Source: an uncultured Pseudomonadota bacterium
Lineage (GTDB): Bacteria; Pseudomonadota; Alphaproteobacteria; Rs-D84
DNA length: 64,000 nt
Direction of reading: 5' to 3'
Assembly (NCBI GenBank): GCA_949283535.1
Contig: CASDTC010000003.1
Span: 2,052 to 66,051, forward strand
Below are positions 1-9,976 of the stretch, piece after piece. The notes under the pieces were generated by a model that saw nothing but the letters and a program-made list of their open reading frames with translations, was not told the DNA's origin and searched no databases. Position 1 is the first letter of the stretch, and every line of letters begins with the position of its first letter. The translations under genes were made by a program, and so were the position numbers.

Positions 1-1388
1 ATCAAACACGCGGTTGGTTCTATTCTTTGATGGTTTTGGCAACAGCGTTATTCGACAGCCCGGCATTTAAAACAGTGTCTGTTAATGGGATGGTGGTTGA
101 TGAAAATAAAAAGAAATTTTCTAAATCACTGAAAAATTTTGTTAATCCCGAAGAACAAATTGAACAATTCGGCGCAGATGCAATTCGTCTGTTTATACTG
201 GGGTCAAATTTTATGAAGGCAGAGCCTGTCCCCGTTGACAAGGAAGGCAAGGTATTTGCAGAATCGACAAAAACTATATTAACCCCACTGTGGAACGCGT
301 ATCATTTCTTTACGCTGTATGCCAATGCAGGCAACATAACGGCGCACGAAAACGCAACCCCAGATGGCGCGTTAGATAAATATATCATCGCCGAATTAAA
401 CGCATTGATTTCGGTTGTTGGGGCGGCACTGGATGAATACAAGCCTGATGTCGCGGTCAAAGAATTTGTGCGATTTTTGGATGTGCTGAATAACTGGTAC
501 ATTCGCCGCAGTCGCGAAAGATTTTGGGATGAAGACCAGGGGGCATTTGATACATTGTATACGGTGTTGACCACACTGTGTCGTGCAATGGCACCATTTG
601 CACCGTTTATTTCTGATTATATCTATCGCAACTTAACAGGCGCGGAAAGCGTGCATTTACAATCTTTCCCAGATGCCACAGATTACGATAAAAAAATTGT
701 CGATAATATGCGGCGGGTGCAAATGGTTGTGTCGGTTGGCAAGCAATTACGCGAACAATATAAACTGCGTAACCGGCTGCCATTAAATAAACTGACCATG
801 GCTGGGGCAGATTTATCAGAATACGGCGATATTATTCGTGATGAATTAAATGTTAAATCTGTTGAATTTACCGATGATATCAATGGCGTGGCCGATGCAT
901 TTGTATATTTAATTACACCAAAAATCGGTGCGCGTTTGGGTGGCGCATTAAAGCAGATTATTCCCGCGGTAAAGCAGGGTAATTACGAAATTCGCGATGA
1001 CAAGTTATATGTTGGCGAATATGAATTAAATTCTGATGAATTTGAAAATCGCCTGACTGTGCGCGATGGGGTGACGGGCGCGGCATTGCCAGATAATACG
1101 GCAGTGGTCGTTCTGGACACAGAGATAAATTCAGAACTGGTCGCCGAAGGGTTGGCAAATGATGCATTGCGCTTTATCCAGGATTCGCGCAAGGCAGCCG
1201 GTCTGGATGTGTCTGACAGAATTAACCTGGAATACAGCGCAGACCCGGCACTGGCCAATGCAATCGAACAACATCGTGCGCGCATCATGCGTGATGCATT
1301 AATAAAAAATATGTCGCAAAATGGCGCGGGTGTGTATAATACAGAAATAGAAGGGTATAATTTATCAATAAAAATTGATAAAGCATAA
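1..1388 (+). CDS. ileS: isoleucyl-tRNA synthetase, C-terminal part (5' end outside window)
   Basis: The frame is open to the window edge (..GWFYSLMVLATALF..). It has a class I KMSKS-type loop (KFSKS), GADAIRLF and an IleRS-like anticodon-binding C-terminal region. Confidence 0.85.
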   Translation, partial: QTRGWFYSLMVLATALFDSPAFKTVSVNGMVVDENKKKFSKSLKNFVNPEEQIEQFGADAIRLFILGSNFMKAEPVPVDKEGKVFAESTKTILTPLWNAYHFFTLYANAGNITAHENATPDGALDKYIIAELNALISVVGAALDEYKPDVAVKEFVRFLDVLNNWYIRRSRERFWDEDQGAFDTLYTVLTTLCRAMAPFAPFISDYIYRNLTGAESVHLQSFPDATDYDKKIVDNMRRVQMVVSVGKQLREQYKLRNRLPLNKLTMAGADLSEYGDIIRDELNVKSVEFTDDINGVADAFVYLITPKIGARLGGALKQIIPAVKQGNYEIRDDKLYVGEYELNSDEFENRLTVRDGVTGAALPDNTAVVVLDTEINSELVAEGLANDALRFIQDSRKAAGLDVSDRINLEYSADPALANAIEQHRARIMRDALIKNMSQNGAGVYNTEIEGYNLSIKIDKA

Positions 1389-1405
1389 ATAAAAAGGGGG
1401 AAATT

Positions 1406-1789
1406 ATGCATATACATAAATCTTTGCGTTGGTTGTTTTATATTATTGGTGTGGTTGTTATATTTTTTGCCGGATTCTATATCGGTACATTGGATGCCGA
1501 TGCACATGAAATAAAAATTACATCGCAATGCACGGGAATTGGTGTGGAAAAAAGTTTTTCATCAAACTATGAAAGTGTAAATGGCACCGTTATTCGTGAT
1601 GACAGTGAAAAATCAGAAAAATACACAACGCGTTGTTTATGCTTTGCATCAGATGCCACACATAAAAATATATGGGTTGATACCGTTGAATTTTCTGGTG
1701 AATCATCTGAATCAGTACAAAATCTGTGCAACAGTGATTGCCAAAAATTATGTGAAGGCAGATTGGCAAACTTTACATTTGCGGAATAA
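1406..1789 (+). CDS. hypothetical membrane-anchored cysteine-rich protein (127 aa)
   Basis: The ATG follows an AAAGGGGG RBS. An N-terminal hydrophobic helix is followed by a Cys-rich soluble part. No family was recognised. Confidence 0.5.
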   Translation: MHIHKSLRWLFYIIGVVVIFFAGFYIGTLDADAHEIKITSQCTGIGVEKSFSSNYESVNGTVIRDDSEKSEKYTTRCLCFASDATHKNIWVDTVEFSGESSESVQNLCNSDCQKLCEGRLANFTFAE

Positions 1790-1790
1790 A

Positions 1791-2453
1791 ATGACATTAA
1801 CACCAGAAATTTATTTTACGCATGTTCCGACTGTAATAGATATGAATATTCGGTCGGAACTGTATTCAACAAATGAATTTACTTTTGCGGTTGCTGTTAT
1901 TTTATCCGCCCAGGCAACTGATAAAAAAGTGAACGAGGTTACACCAAAATTATTCCGTGTTGCACCATCGCCGGCAAAAATGCTGGCACTGGGGATAGAT
2001 GGATTAAAATCGCATATTCGTGTTTTATCGTTCTTTAATAACAAGGCTAAAAGTATTATGGGACTGGCGGCGGCACTGATGGATGATGCAGGTGGCGGGG
2101 ATGATAATTATAAATTTCCAAAAAAATATCATAATCGTGATGCATTAATGAAATTGCCAGGCATTGGACAAAAAACAGCAAATGTTATTATGAATGTTTT
2201 GTGGGGCGCACCAAATATTGGTGTTGACACGCATGTTTTCCGCAATGCACATCGTTATGGTTGGGTTGGAGCGGATGCAAATACACCAGAAAAGGTCGAA
2301 GAAAAACTGGTAAAACTTATTCCAAAAAAATATCATCCAATTGTAAATCATGTTATGGTTTTGCATGGTCGATATATTTGTCGTGCAATTCGTCCGAAAT
2401 GTGGGGAATGCCCGGTGGCACGATGGTGTAATGCCCCAGATAAAATAATATAA
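1791..2453 (+). CDS. nth: endonuclease III (DNA glycosylase/AP lyase)
   Basis: Track ORF 1581..2453 was trimmed to the ATG at 1791, just after the upstream stop. It has an HhH motif (LPGIGQKTANVI) and a C-terminal 4Fe-4S loop C-x6-C-x2-C-x5-C (CRAIRPKCGECPVARWC). Confidence 0.85.
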   Translation: MTLTPEIYFTHVPTVIDMNIRSELYSTNEFTFAVAVILSAQATDKKVNEVTPKLFRVAPSPAKMLALGIDGLKSHIRVLSFFNNKAKSIMGLAAALMDDAGGGDDNYKFPKKYHNRDALMKLPGIGQKTANVIMNVLWGAPNIGVDTHVFRNAHRYGWVGADANTPEKVEEKLVKLIPKKYHPIVNHVMVLHGRYICRAIRPKCGECPVARWCNAPDKII

Positions 2454-2461
2454 AAAACAAT

Positions 2462-2491
2462 AAAAAAAGCCGGCAAATGCCGGCGTTTTTT
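2462..2491. terminator. bidirectional intrinsic terminator
   Basis: The stem is GCCGGC-AAAT-GCCGGC (2469-2484), flanked by an A-run and a T-run. Confidence 0.8.
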
Positions 2492-2493
2492 AT

Positions 2494-2577
2494 TCATAAT
2501 GCAATCATGTATCCACATGTCAGTATTGCAATAACCATTATTACAAACACAAATCTTTGTTTTGTTTTAAATGTCAT
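2494..2577 (-). CDS. possible 27-aa hydrophobic small protein (MTFKTKQRFVFVIMVIAILTCGYMIAL)
   Basis: A GGGGGGAT RBS lies 4 nt upstream of the ATG. The peptide has one predicted TM helix and ends directly at the 2462-2491 terminator. It is not in the ORF track because it is under 60 aa. Confidence 0.25.
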   Translation of the reverse strand: MTFKTKQRFVFVIMVIAILTCGYMIAL

Positions 2578-2808
2578 TTTATCCCCCCGTTTTTTACCAA
2601 CCCGTTGTTAAATTCGGACAACCGAAATTGTCGCCATTACTTAAATACCCCCTGTAATTGCGTGATTAATGCACATAACCCCTGGGTATTACTGCCAGCG
2701 ATTGATGCCGCATTGGCAGAATTTATAACAAACAATGACACAACAAAACCGCCGTTTAGATTCGGCAAAATAAAGGTATAAAAATATGCAGATTTCTGCT
2801 TTTTTATC

Positions 2809-2834
2809 AAAAATAAAACCCCGTAATACGGGGC
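2809..2834 (-). terminator. intrinsic terminator downstream of pheT
   Basis: In minus sense a CCCCG-TATTA-CGGGG hairpin is followed by TTTTATTTTT. Confidence 0.7.
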
Positions 2835-2845
2835 TTTATTCATAA

Positions 2846-5149
2846 TTATTTATCGCGGATTTTTGCACCACATTTTTGTTCAACATTTTTAATAACCGCA
2901 TTTTGCAATTTTAATAAATCATCATCGGTCATATTTTCTGTTGGTATGATTGTTATTGTAAATGCAATTGATTTTTTGCCATCTGGTAATGTAAACGCAT
3001 CAAATACAACCGCGTCTGTTATACGCGCATCTGTTGCAATCGCAGTGTTTATTAACTTTTCCGATGGAAAATCATTATCAACAATAAATGCGAAATCACG
3101 CGTTATTGGTTGAAATTCTGATAGTTCTGGTTCATGTACACGGCGCGTATGTGGCAGATTTTCAACATTATCAATAATTGCAATATTCACACGCGTTTTT
3201 ATTTTTAATGCGCGCGCAACAACTGGTGATAATTCACCAAATTCTGCAATTTTCTTTTTACCCTGGTATATGGCACCATATCTGAACGGATGCACCCAAT
3301 ATGGCGGATTTTCTGTACATACCGTGAATTTTTGACCATGCATCAATGCAATTATATCTGCCTTGACATCGTATATATCACGCGGTCTGTTTCGGTGTGA
3401 CCAATGGCGTGGCGATGTGTTGCCTGTACGAATGATACATATTTGTGTATGCTGTTGGTTTGGTATATCACCATCAAATACGGTTCCTAATTCAAACAGA
3501 TTTAAATCTGGATATCCACGTTTTTCATTTTCAGCAACAAATTCCAGCATATTACCCAATAACCCGTTACGCGCCGTATCCATGTTCGCAACAATCGGAT
3601 TTGCAATCTTTGTTATCGGTGCATCTGATAATACAGATTCTGTTTTTGAATTGCCGAATCCGAATGATTTTACTTCGTTCAATCCACGCGCCGCCATTTC
3701 GCGTTTTATTTCAATATAATAATCACGGTGTGGCGCCGAATCAGACGCTTTGTGTACCGCCGAATTTGCGATATTATCGTATCCATATATACGGATTAAT
3801 TCAGATACTATATTTTCTGGTATTTCAATATCAACCCGTGCAGGGCGCGGTGTAATTATCCATTCTTTATCTGTTTCTAAAACTGTAAAACCCAAATTAT
3901 TTAAAATTTCGCGTTGGGTTTCGGCATTCATTTCAATGCCCGTTTTTTTCATAAATAAATCAGGACTGTATTTAATCTGACGATTTTCAACAGGTAATTT
4001 ACCACCAATTCCAGTACCGACAATTTTGCCACCACATGCGTCTGTTATCATTTTTGATGCCGCAGATAATGCAATGCCCGTTATTGTTGGATCAATGCCG
4101 CGTTCATATCTGTATGATGAATCTGTTGATATTCCTAGTCTTTTGGATGTCTTGCGAACAGATACAGGGTTAAAATATGCGCTTTCCAAAATTATATTTT
4201 TTGTTTTATCGGTTGTCATGCCACGCGCACCACCAATAACCCCCGCCAATGCCAATGCGCCCATATCATCAGCGATAACCATGTCTGTATCGCATAATGT
4301 ATGTTCATTACCAAACAAGTCTGTAAATTTTTCACCGTTTTGTGCCATGCGTACGGTAATATCACCATGAATTTCATCGGCATCAAAGCAATGCATTGGT
4401 TGTCCCATGTCATAGCAAATATAGTTTGTTGTGTCCACAGGGGCATTTTTTGGATTAATGCCGATTGCCGCCAGACGCGATTTTACAACATCATTACTGG
4501 GCGCAATTTTAATACCATGAATTTCACAAAATTGGTATACAGGGCATTTATCTGTTTTTATATTAACACCGCGCGTTGATTTAACTGGTATTAAATCCAT
4601 ATCTGTTGGCGCAATATATTGTCCCGCACCACATGCCGCCAAATCACGCGCAATGCCGCGTACAGATAAATAGTCTGGACGGTTTGGTGTAATACCGGCG
4701 TCAAATATAATTTCTGTATTTAATACCGGCGCACCAATTTTTGTATTTTCATCCAGTTCAATAATGCCACTGTGGTCATCGCCAATGCCCAATTCACGCG
4801 CACTGCACATCATTCCATTTGATATAACACCGCGCAATTTACCAGATTTTATTTCATGACCATCAATCACACACCCAGGCAACGCCAATGCAGACACCAA
4901 CCCAACGCGTGCATTTGGCGCACCGCATACAACCTGGCGCAGTTTTTTTGTACCGTCATCAACCATTAATATATGCAGGTGATCACTGCCATCCATTGGT
5001 GTGCATTCAACAATACGCGCCGCAATTGGTGAAATTGGTGCAACAACATCATCAACTTCCAGTCCGGTGCGTGTCAATTTATCCGCGATTTCATCGGGCG
5101 ATAAATCTGTTTTTAAATAATCTGTTAGCCAATTATATGTCCATTTCAT
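2846..5149 (-). CDS. pheT: phenylalanyl-tRNA synthetase beta subunit
   Basis: This 767-aa protein has a tRNA-binding OB N-terminus (MKWTYNWLTDYL), a B3/4-B5 core and a C-terminal FDX-ACB-like region. It lies directly downstream of pheS. Confidence 0.9.
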   Translation of the reverse strand: MKWTYNWLTDYLKTDLSPDEIADKLTRTGLEVDDVVAPISPIAARIVECTPMDGSDHLHILMVDDGTKKLRQVVCGAPNARVGLVSALALPGCVIDGHEIKSGKLRGVISNGMMCSARELGIGDDHSGIIELDENTKIGAPVLNTEIIFDAGITPNRPDYLSVRGIARDLAACGAGQYIAPTDMDLIPVKSTRGVNIKTDKCPVYQFCEIHGIKIAPSNDVVKSRLAAIGINPKNAPVDTTNYICYDMGQPMHCFDADEIHGDITVRMAQNGEKFTDLFGNEHTLCDTDMVIADDMGALALAGVIGGARGMTTDKTKNIILESAYFNPVSVRKTSKRLGISTDSSYRYERGIDPTITGIALSAASKMITDACGGKIVGTGIGGKLPVENRQIKYSPDLFMKKTGIEMNAETQREILNNLGFTVLETDKEWIITPRPARVDIEIPENIVSELIRIYGYDNIANSAVHKASDSAPHRDYYIEIKREMAARGLNEVKSFGFGNSKTESVLSDAPITKIANPIVANMDTARNGLLGNMLEFVAENEKRGYPDLNLFELGTVFDGDIPNQQHTQICIIRTGNTSPRHWSHRNRPRDIYDVKADIIALMHGQKFTVCTENPPYWVHPFRYGAIYQGKKKIAEFGELSPVVARALKIKTRVNIAIIDNVENLPHTRRVHEPELSEFQPITRDFAFIVDNDFPSEKLINTAIATDARITDAVVFDAFTLPDGKKSIAFTITIIPTENMTDDDLLKLQNAVIKNVEQKCGAKIRDK

Positions 5150-5167
5150 TTTTTATCCCCCGTTTTA

Positions 5168-6115
5168 TTAAAATCCTGTTTTTTGCAACCAGCGCACATC
5201 ACCATCATAAAATTTACGAATATCATTTAATCCGTATTTTAACATTGCCAATCTGTCCCAGCCAAAACCAAATGCAAAGCCCTGGTATTCATCGGAATTT
5301 ATATTACAATTACGCAATACATTTGGATGCACCATCCCAGCACCCATTATTTCCAGCCATTTATCACCATGCCATTTCATATCTATTTCAATACTGGGTT
5401 CTGTAAATGGAAAGTATGATGGGCGAATGCGCAAATCAACATTGTCCATATTAAAAAACCGTTTTAAAAATTCACGAACATCTGCGATTAAATCAGACAT
5501 CGTTATATTTTTATCAATATATAATCCTTCGATTTGGTGGAACATTGGACTGTGTGTTGCATCCATTTCTTTGCGGTATGTTGCGCCAATTCCAAACATT
5601 TTTATTGGTGCGCCAACCGTTTCCATGCTGCGAATCTGGATTGCAGATGTCTGGGTACGCATAACATTGCCATTTTCCAGAAAAAATGTATCTTGCATAT
5701 CACGCGCAGGATGATATTCCGGTGTATTTAATGCGGTAAAATTATGCCAATCATCTTCGACCTCTGGTCCGGTCCACATTTCATAACCGAACGATTCCAA
5801 AATATATGATATATCAGATAAAGTTTGCGTCAATGGATGCAGTGTCCCGCGATTTTCGGGCATTGGATTTAATGATGCGTCCAAACTTTGCGATTTTAAC
5901 GCGGACATTAATGCGGCATTTTCCAAGTCTGATTGACGCTTTTTAAATAATTCGCGCAATTCAGAATTTTCCTGATTTAATGCCGCACGCGCATCATTAT
6001 CCAGATTTTTCATATTTTTCAATTTTGCCGTCATTGTACCATTCTTGCCAAATGTTGCCGTATACAATGCCTGTAATTCTTCCAGCGTTTTTATATTCTT
6101 TATCTGTTCTTGCAT
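5168..6115 (-). CDS. pheS: phenylalanyl-tRNA synthetase alpha subunit
   Basis: Class II motifs are present (FRPSYFPFTEPS, GFAFGFGWDRLAML). The start was trimmed to the ATG at 6115 (MQEQIKN..), which follows a GGGGTGA RBS. The track start at 6181 adds an implausible extension. Confidence 0.9.
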   Translation of the reverse strand: MQEQIKNIKTLEELQALYTATFGKNGTMTAKLKNMKNLDNDARAALNQENSELRELFKKRQSDLENAALMSALKSQSLDASLNPMPENRGTLHPLTQTLSDISYILESFGYEMWTGPEVEDDWHNFTALNTPEYHPARDMQDTFFLENGNVMRTQTSAIQIRSMETVGAPIKMFGIGATYRKEMDATHSPMFHQIEGLYIDKNITMSDLIADVREFLKRFFNMDNVDLRIRPSYFPFTEPSIEIDMKWHGDKWLEIMGAGMVHPNVLRNCNINSDEYQGFAFGFGWDRLAMLKYGLNDIRKFYDGDVRWLQKTGF

Positions 6116-6192
6116 AATTTTCACCCCAGAAACAAAAAGACCGTCATATGACGGTCTGTATAATACAAAATAATACACCACACCGCCATGGT

Positions 6193-6561
6193 TTATTTAG
6201 CATTGGTGGATGTAAATCGTTTTGCTGTTTCAACCAGTTTTGCAAAGTTTGCGTCCCCGGCGTATGCCATTTGTGCCAAAACCTTGCGGTCCAGGGCAAC
6301 ACCCGCCTTTTTCAAACCATTCATAAACTGGCTGTATGTCATACCATTATTACGCGCAGCGGCATTAATACGAACAATCCACAAACCACGAAATTCGCGT
6401 TTTTTCACACGACGATCACGGTATGCATACTGTCCCGCCTTTTCTGTCTTTTCACGCGCAGCGCGATATGTTGAATGATGACGTCCCAAATAACCCTTGG
6501 CACGCGCCAATATCTTGTTATGTTTTTGTTTTACGGTTGTTCCGCGTTTAACTCTTGCCAT
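6193..6561 (-). CDS. rplT: 50S ribosomal protein L20
   Basis: It begins [18 protein letters not shown].. and contains ..YAYRDRR.KKR.FR.LWI.RINAA, the canonical L20 sequence. Confidence 0.95.
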   Translation of the reverse strand: MARVKRGTTVKQKHNKILARAKGYLGRHHSTYRAAREKTEKAGQYAYRDRRVKKREFRGLWIVRINAAARNNGMTYSQFMNGLKKAGVALDRKVLAQMAYAGDANFAKLVETAKRFTSTNAK

Positions 6562-6582
6562 AATTCAGCCCCCTATAATTTA

Positions 6583-6786
6583 TTATTTCAATCCGTATGG
6601 GGCCAAGATTTTCGCTTGTCCGACCATATTGTCATTTAAATATTGTGCCTTGGACCCAGCGTTATTCGCACGCTTTGATTTATGGCGCAATAATTTTTTG
6701 TGGGCATTTCTGGCAACACGGATTTTACCGGTCGCTGTCATCGATGCGCGCTTTTTCAAGTACGACTTTGTTTTTAATTTTGGCAT
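6583..6786 (-). CDS. rpmI: 50S ribosomal protein L35
   Basis: It begins MPKLKTKS...KRF-type basic and is 67 aa. It lies upstream of rplT in the classical order. Confidence 0.9.
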   Translation of the reverse strand: MPKLKTKSYLKKRASMTATGKIRVARNAHKKLLRHKSKRANNAGSKAQYLNDNMVGQAKILAPYGLK

Positions 6787-6925
6787 TTTTTGTCCTTTTG
6801 TTTAACACCTGATGGCAAAGCCACAGCCATTTTGGTTTCGTTATACGCGTGATATTTTGGCATATTTAAATGAAAAATCAAGTTTTTATTGAATATCCGC
6901 TTTTTAGTGTTTAAACTTATGCCCG

Positions 6926-7750
6926 ATGGTCCAGAACAAGTTATCTTCCAAATTGCGTACAATTATAAAATCCGCGGTTGCGGCGGCGGTTCTGCCATTG
7001 CTGTTTATATATATAATGATTGCTAAACCAGATTATACACTAATGAATGGATTGGCACATATTGTTTTGCCGGTGGCGAACTGGGTCGGCGATGTTATAA
7101 CATGGCCGGTACGCGCGGTTGGCGCAGCGGTGGAAAATATTCGTGAATTATCTGACTTGCGTGATGAAAACGCACGGTTGCGCAGCGCACTGGACGATGC
7201 ATTAAAAAACAAAAATGCATGTGATATCGCAATGGTGGAAAACCAAAAATTATCCCGCGAATTGGATATAATTCAAAATATGCCACATGACGCCATTGTT
7301 GCAGATGTAATATATGATAACACAGCATTTCATCACAGTAATTTTTTAATAAACAAGGGTGTAAAACACGGTTTAGAAAACGGCATGGTTGTTGTTGCGC
7401 CGGATGGAATGCTGGTGGGGGTCATAATGGATACAGCACCAAGTTTTTCACGCGTACGCGCATTAACAGATTCTGATACAAATATACCAGTCAGAATTGC
7501 TGGGGCCGAAGTATATGGATTTTTGCATGGTAATGGTTCCAGTACACCAACATTAGGATTTTTCAGCGATCCGGAATTTCAACCATCTGCGGGGGTGAAA
7601 CTGATAACCAGTAATATCAGTGGTGTCATGCCAAATAATATATATGTTGGCGAAACAATAAATGAAACAGATGTTGATATACGCCAACCTGGGACATTAT
7701 CGCGTGTTGTAATTTTACAATTCGACAATGCGGATAATAAATATGAATAA
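6926..7750 (+). CDS. mreC: rod shape-determining protein MreC
   Basis: It has an N-terminal TM, a coiled coil (ENARLRSALDDAL) and beta-rich C-terminal domains. It is the first gene of an mreCD-mrdA-rodA block. Confidence 0.8.
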   Translation: MVQNKLSSKLRTIIKSAVAAAVLPLLFIYIMIAKPDYTLMNGLAHIVLPVANWVGDVITWPVRAVGAAVENIRELSDLRDENARLRSALDDALKNKNACDIAMVENQKLSRELDIIQNMPHDAIVADVIYDNTAFHHSNFLINKGVKHGLENGMVVVAPDGMLVGVIMDTAPSFSRVRALTDSDTNIPVRIAGAEVYGFLHGNGSSTPTLGFFSDPEFQPSAGVKLITSNISGVMPNNIYVGETINETDVDIRQPGTLSRVVILQFDNADNKYE

Positions 7751-8208
7751 TGAAAAAAAATATTGTTAATTTTTTACGCGCAGCATTCCCATTTATCACA
7801 GTTATAATACTGTGGCGGTTGGCTGTACCGTTTTGGAATCCTGCTGGAATATTGGCAATCATTCCGATTTTTTATTGTTCATTTGTACGACCGGTGCCAT
7901 GGTTTGCACCATTTGCCGTATTATTTTGTTTCTTGATAGATTATCGTTTTGATACATTGGCATACTGGACAGCGGCATATTGTTTATTTTATGCAATTAA
8001 TGGTTTTCAAAGTTTTATTGATTTAACCCGCACAGACAAAAATGCATTAAATATATTTATGGTATTTTTCGGTGTGGCAACATTAATATTAACACTGACC
8101 GGATTCAGCGTTTCAAATTTAATGCGGGCAGTATGGCTGTTTGCATGGGTCGCGACATTATATATCCCAATTACTGCATTAATAAAAAGGGTGTGCGATG
8201 ATAGATAA
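7750..8208 (+). CDS. mreD: rod shape-determining protein MreD-like polytopic membrane protein
   Basis: This 152-aa protein has about 5 TM helices. Its position between mreC and mrdA, with start/stop overlaps, supports the call. Confidence 0.6.
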   Translation: MKKNIVNFLRAAFPFITVIILWRLAVPFWNPAGILAIIPIFYCSFVRPVPWFAPFAVLFCFLIDYRFDTLAYWTAAYCLFYAINGFQSFIDLTRTDKNALNIFMVFFGVATLILTLTGFSVSNLMRAVWLFAWVATLYIPITALIKRVCDDR

Positions 8209-9976
8209 AGAAGTTGCACGCACTTTTGACCGGCGCAGCGCATTATTTTTAACCGCAGGTGCAATATTAACATCTGCGCTGGTTTTGCGCATGTTGCAAA
8301 TGCAATTATTTAATTATCATGAATATACTGAAAAAAGCGAAAACAATTCTTTTCGTATTCAAATAAATATGCCAGAACGCGGTAAAATATTGGCGGCAAA
8401 TGGAACAACAATTTCACGCGATGCACCAACATACAGAATTTATATTATCCCCGAAGAAATCAAAGATATTGATTCTGTTATATCAACGGTTGCGACAGAA
8501 TTAAAATTAAATAAAAAGCGCGTTGATAAAATTTATGCAAATATAAAAAAACAGCGCGCATTTCAACCTGTATTAATCAGTGAAAATTCTGATTGGAATC
8601 AATTGGCAAAATTACAGGCAAAAAATATTCCTGGATTACATGTCCGGGATGGATTTGCACGCGTTTATGAAATGGGACCGGCGGGCGCACAAATATTTGG
8701 ATATGTTGGCGCACCAAATGAACCAGTCGCAAATGCACCATTCTTTACAACCGGAATTACCGGATTGGAAAAAAGATTTAATGATGAATTGGCGGGGGTG
8801 CCGGGTCAAACGGTCATGATAACAAATGCGGTCGGTCGCGTTACTGGTGAAGATAAATCGCAATTTCGTCCGGCAATTGTTGGGAACAATTTGCGTACAA
8901 CAATCAATCCAGATGCCCAGCGTACAATGTATGATGCATTAATGCAACACCGGGCTGGCTGTGGCGTTGCACTGGAAATTGAAACAGGTAATATACTTGC
9001 AATGGTTTCAACCCCCAGTTTTGACCCAGCAATGTTTGGTGCCGATGATGGCGAAGAATACATTAATTCACTGCGTAATGATTTTATGAAACCATTTATG
9101 AACAAAACAATCGAAGGATTATATCCGCCGGGTTCAACATTTAAAATCGTTGTCGCGTTGGCGGCACTGGAATCTGGGGCAATTACCCCAAACGAGAAAG
9201 TTTATTGCCCCGGTCATTGGGATTATGGCGACAGACGATATCACTGCTGGAAACCCGAAGGACACGGTCATGTTAACTTGGCAGATGCATTGAAATGTTC
9301 ATGCGATATATATTTTTATCAACTGGCACTGAAAATTGGTATTGATTCCATCAAAGAAATGGCAATAAAACTGGGGCTGGCACAAAAATATATGGATGGT
9401 GTATTGTCGCGTGAAATGGCGGGAATTATCCCAGACAGATATTGGAAAGAACGCGAAATTGGATATCATTGGGTTCATGGTGATACAATTATTTCTGGCA
9501 TTGGTCAGGGTTTTATACTAACAAACTGTATGCAATTGGCGATAATGATGGCGCGTACTGCATCGAACAAGGTTGTTATGCCGCGATTAATCATGACAGA
9601 TGATATACCAAAATTTGCAAATCTGAATTTACAGAAAAAAAATATTCGCGCAGTATTAAATGGATTGGAACAAGTTACACGCCCCGGTGGAACCGCCGCA
9701 TACAGTGCAATAAATGTTGGCGGCGTGCGTATGGGTGGAAAAACTGGTACCGCACAGGTACGCAGTATTTCACGCGCTGAACGCGAAAGCGGTGTTTTAA
9801 CAAATGAACAATTAAAATGGAATATGCGAAATCATGGTTTGTTTGTTGGATATGCACCAACGAATAATCCAAAATATGCCGTATGTGCAATAACAGAACA
9901 TTCCGGGGGCAGTGGTCTGGCGGCGCGTACTGTGGCGGCAACAATGCGTACACTGTTAGGGGATAAAAAGAAATAA
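8198..9976 (+). CDS. mrdA: penicillin-binding protein 2 (elongasome transpeptidase)
   Basis: It has an N-terminal TM, a dimerisation domain, the SxxK motif (STFK) and the KTG motif (GGKTGTAQV). Confidence 0.9.
   Translation: MIDKEVARTFDRRSALFLTAGAILTSALVLRMLQMQLFNYHEYTEKSENNSFRIQINMPERGKILAANGTTISRDAPTYRIYIIPEEIKDIDSVISTVATELKLNKKRVDKIYANIKKQRAFQPVLISENSDWNQLAKLQAKNIPGLHVRDGFARVYEMGPAGAQIFGYVGAPNEPVANAPFFTTGITGLEKRFNDELAGVPGQTVMITNAVGRVTGEDKSQFRPAIVGNNLRTTINPDAQRTMYDALMQHRAGCGVALEIETGNILAMVSTPSFDPAMFGADDGEEYINSLRNDFMKPFMNKTIEGLYPPGSTFKIVVALAALESGAITPNEKVYCPGHWDYGDRRYHCWKPEGHGHVNLADALKCSCDIYFYQLALKIGIDSIKEMAIKLGLAQKYMDGVLSREMAGIIPDRYWKEREIGYHWVHGDTIISGIGQGFILTNCMQLAIMMARTASNKVVMPRLIMTDDIPKFANLNLQKKNIRAVLNGLEQVTRPGGTAAYSAINVGGVRMGGKTGTAQVRSISRAERESGVLTNEQLKWNMRNHGLFVGYAPTNNPKYAVCAITEHSGGSGLAARTVAATMRTLLGDKKK

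Noticed and set aside
983-1528. Long antisense ORFs in the track, for example 983..1528(-), 14304..14996(-), 28038..28580(-), 29498..30307(-), 32498..33436(-), 48674..49399(-), 53219..53896(-) and 60400..60882(-).
   Set aside because: Each lies fully opposite a confidently recognised conserved gene (ileS, dnaG, pilP-like, ATPase, gyrB, aspS, uvrB, lolC). Their sequences are low-complexity or Ser/Asn/Ile-rich, typical of shadow frames in AT-rich DNA.
1581-2453. N-terminally extended ORF versions in the track: nth 1581, pheS 6181, virB3 17284, lpxC 25022, platform 30154, gyrB 31968, MerR-like 42845, OMP 44245, aspS 47859, tsaE 54599, ftsQ 57921 and paralog 61932.
   Set aside because: The extensions overlap upstream genes or lack family similarity. 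Internal ATGs with good RBSs coincide with the conserved N-termini, so trimmed coordinates are reported instead.
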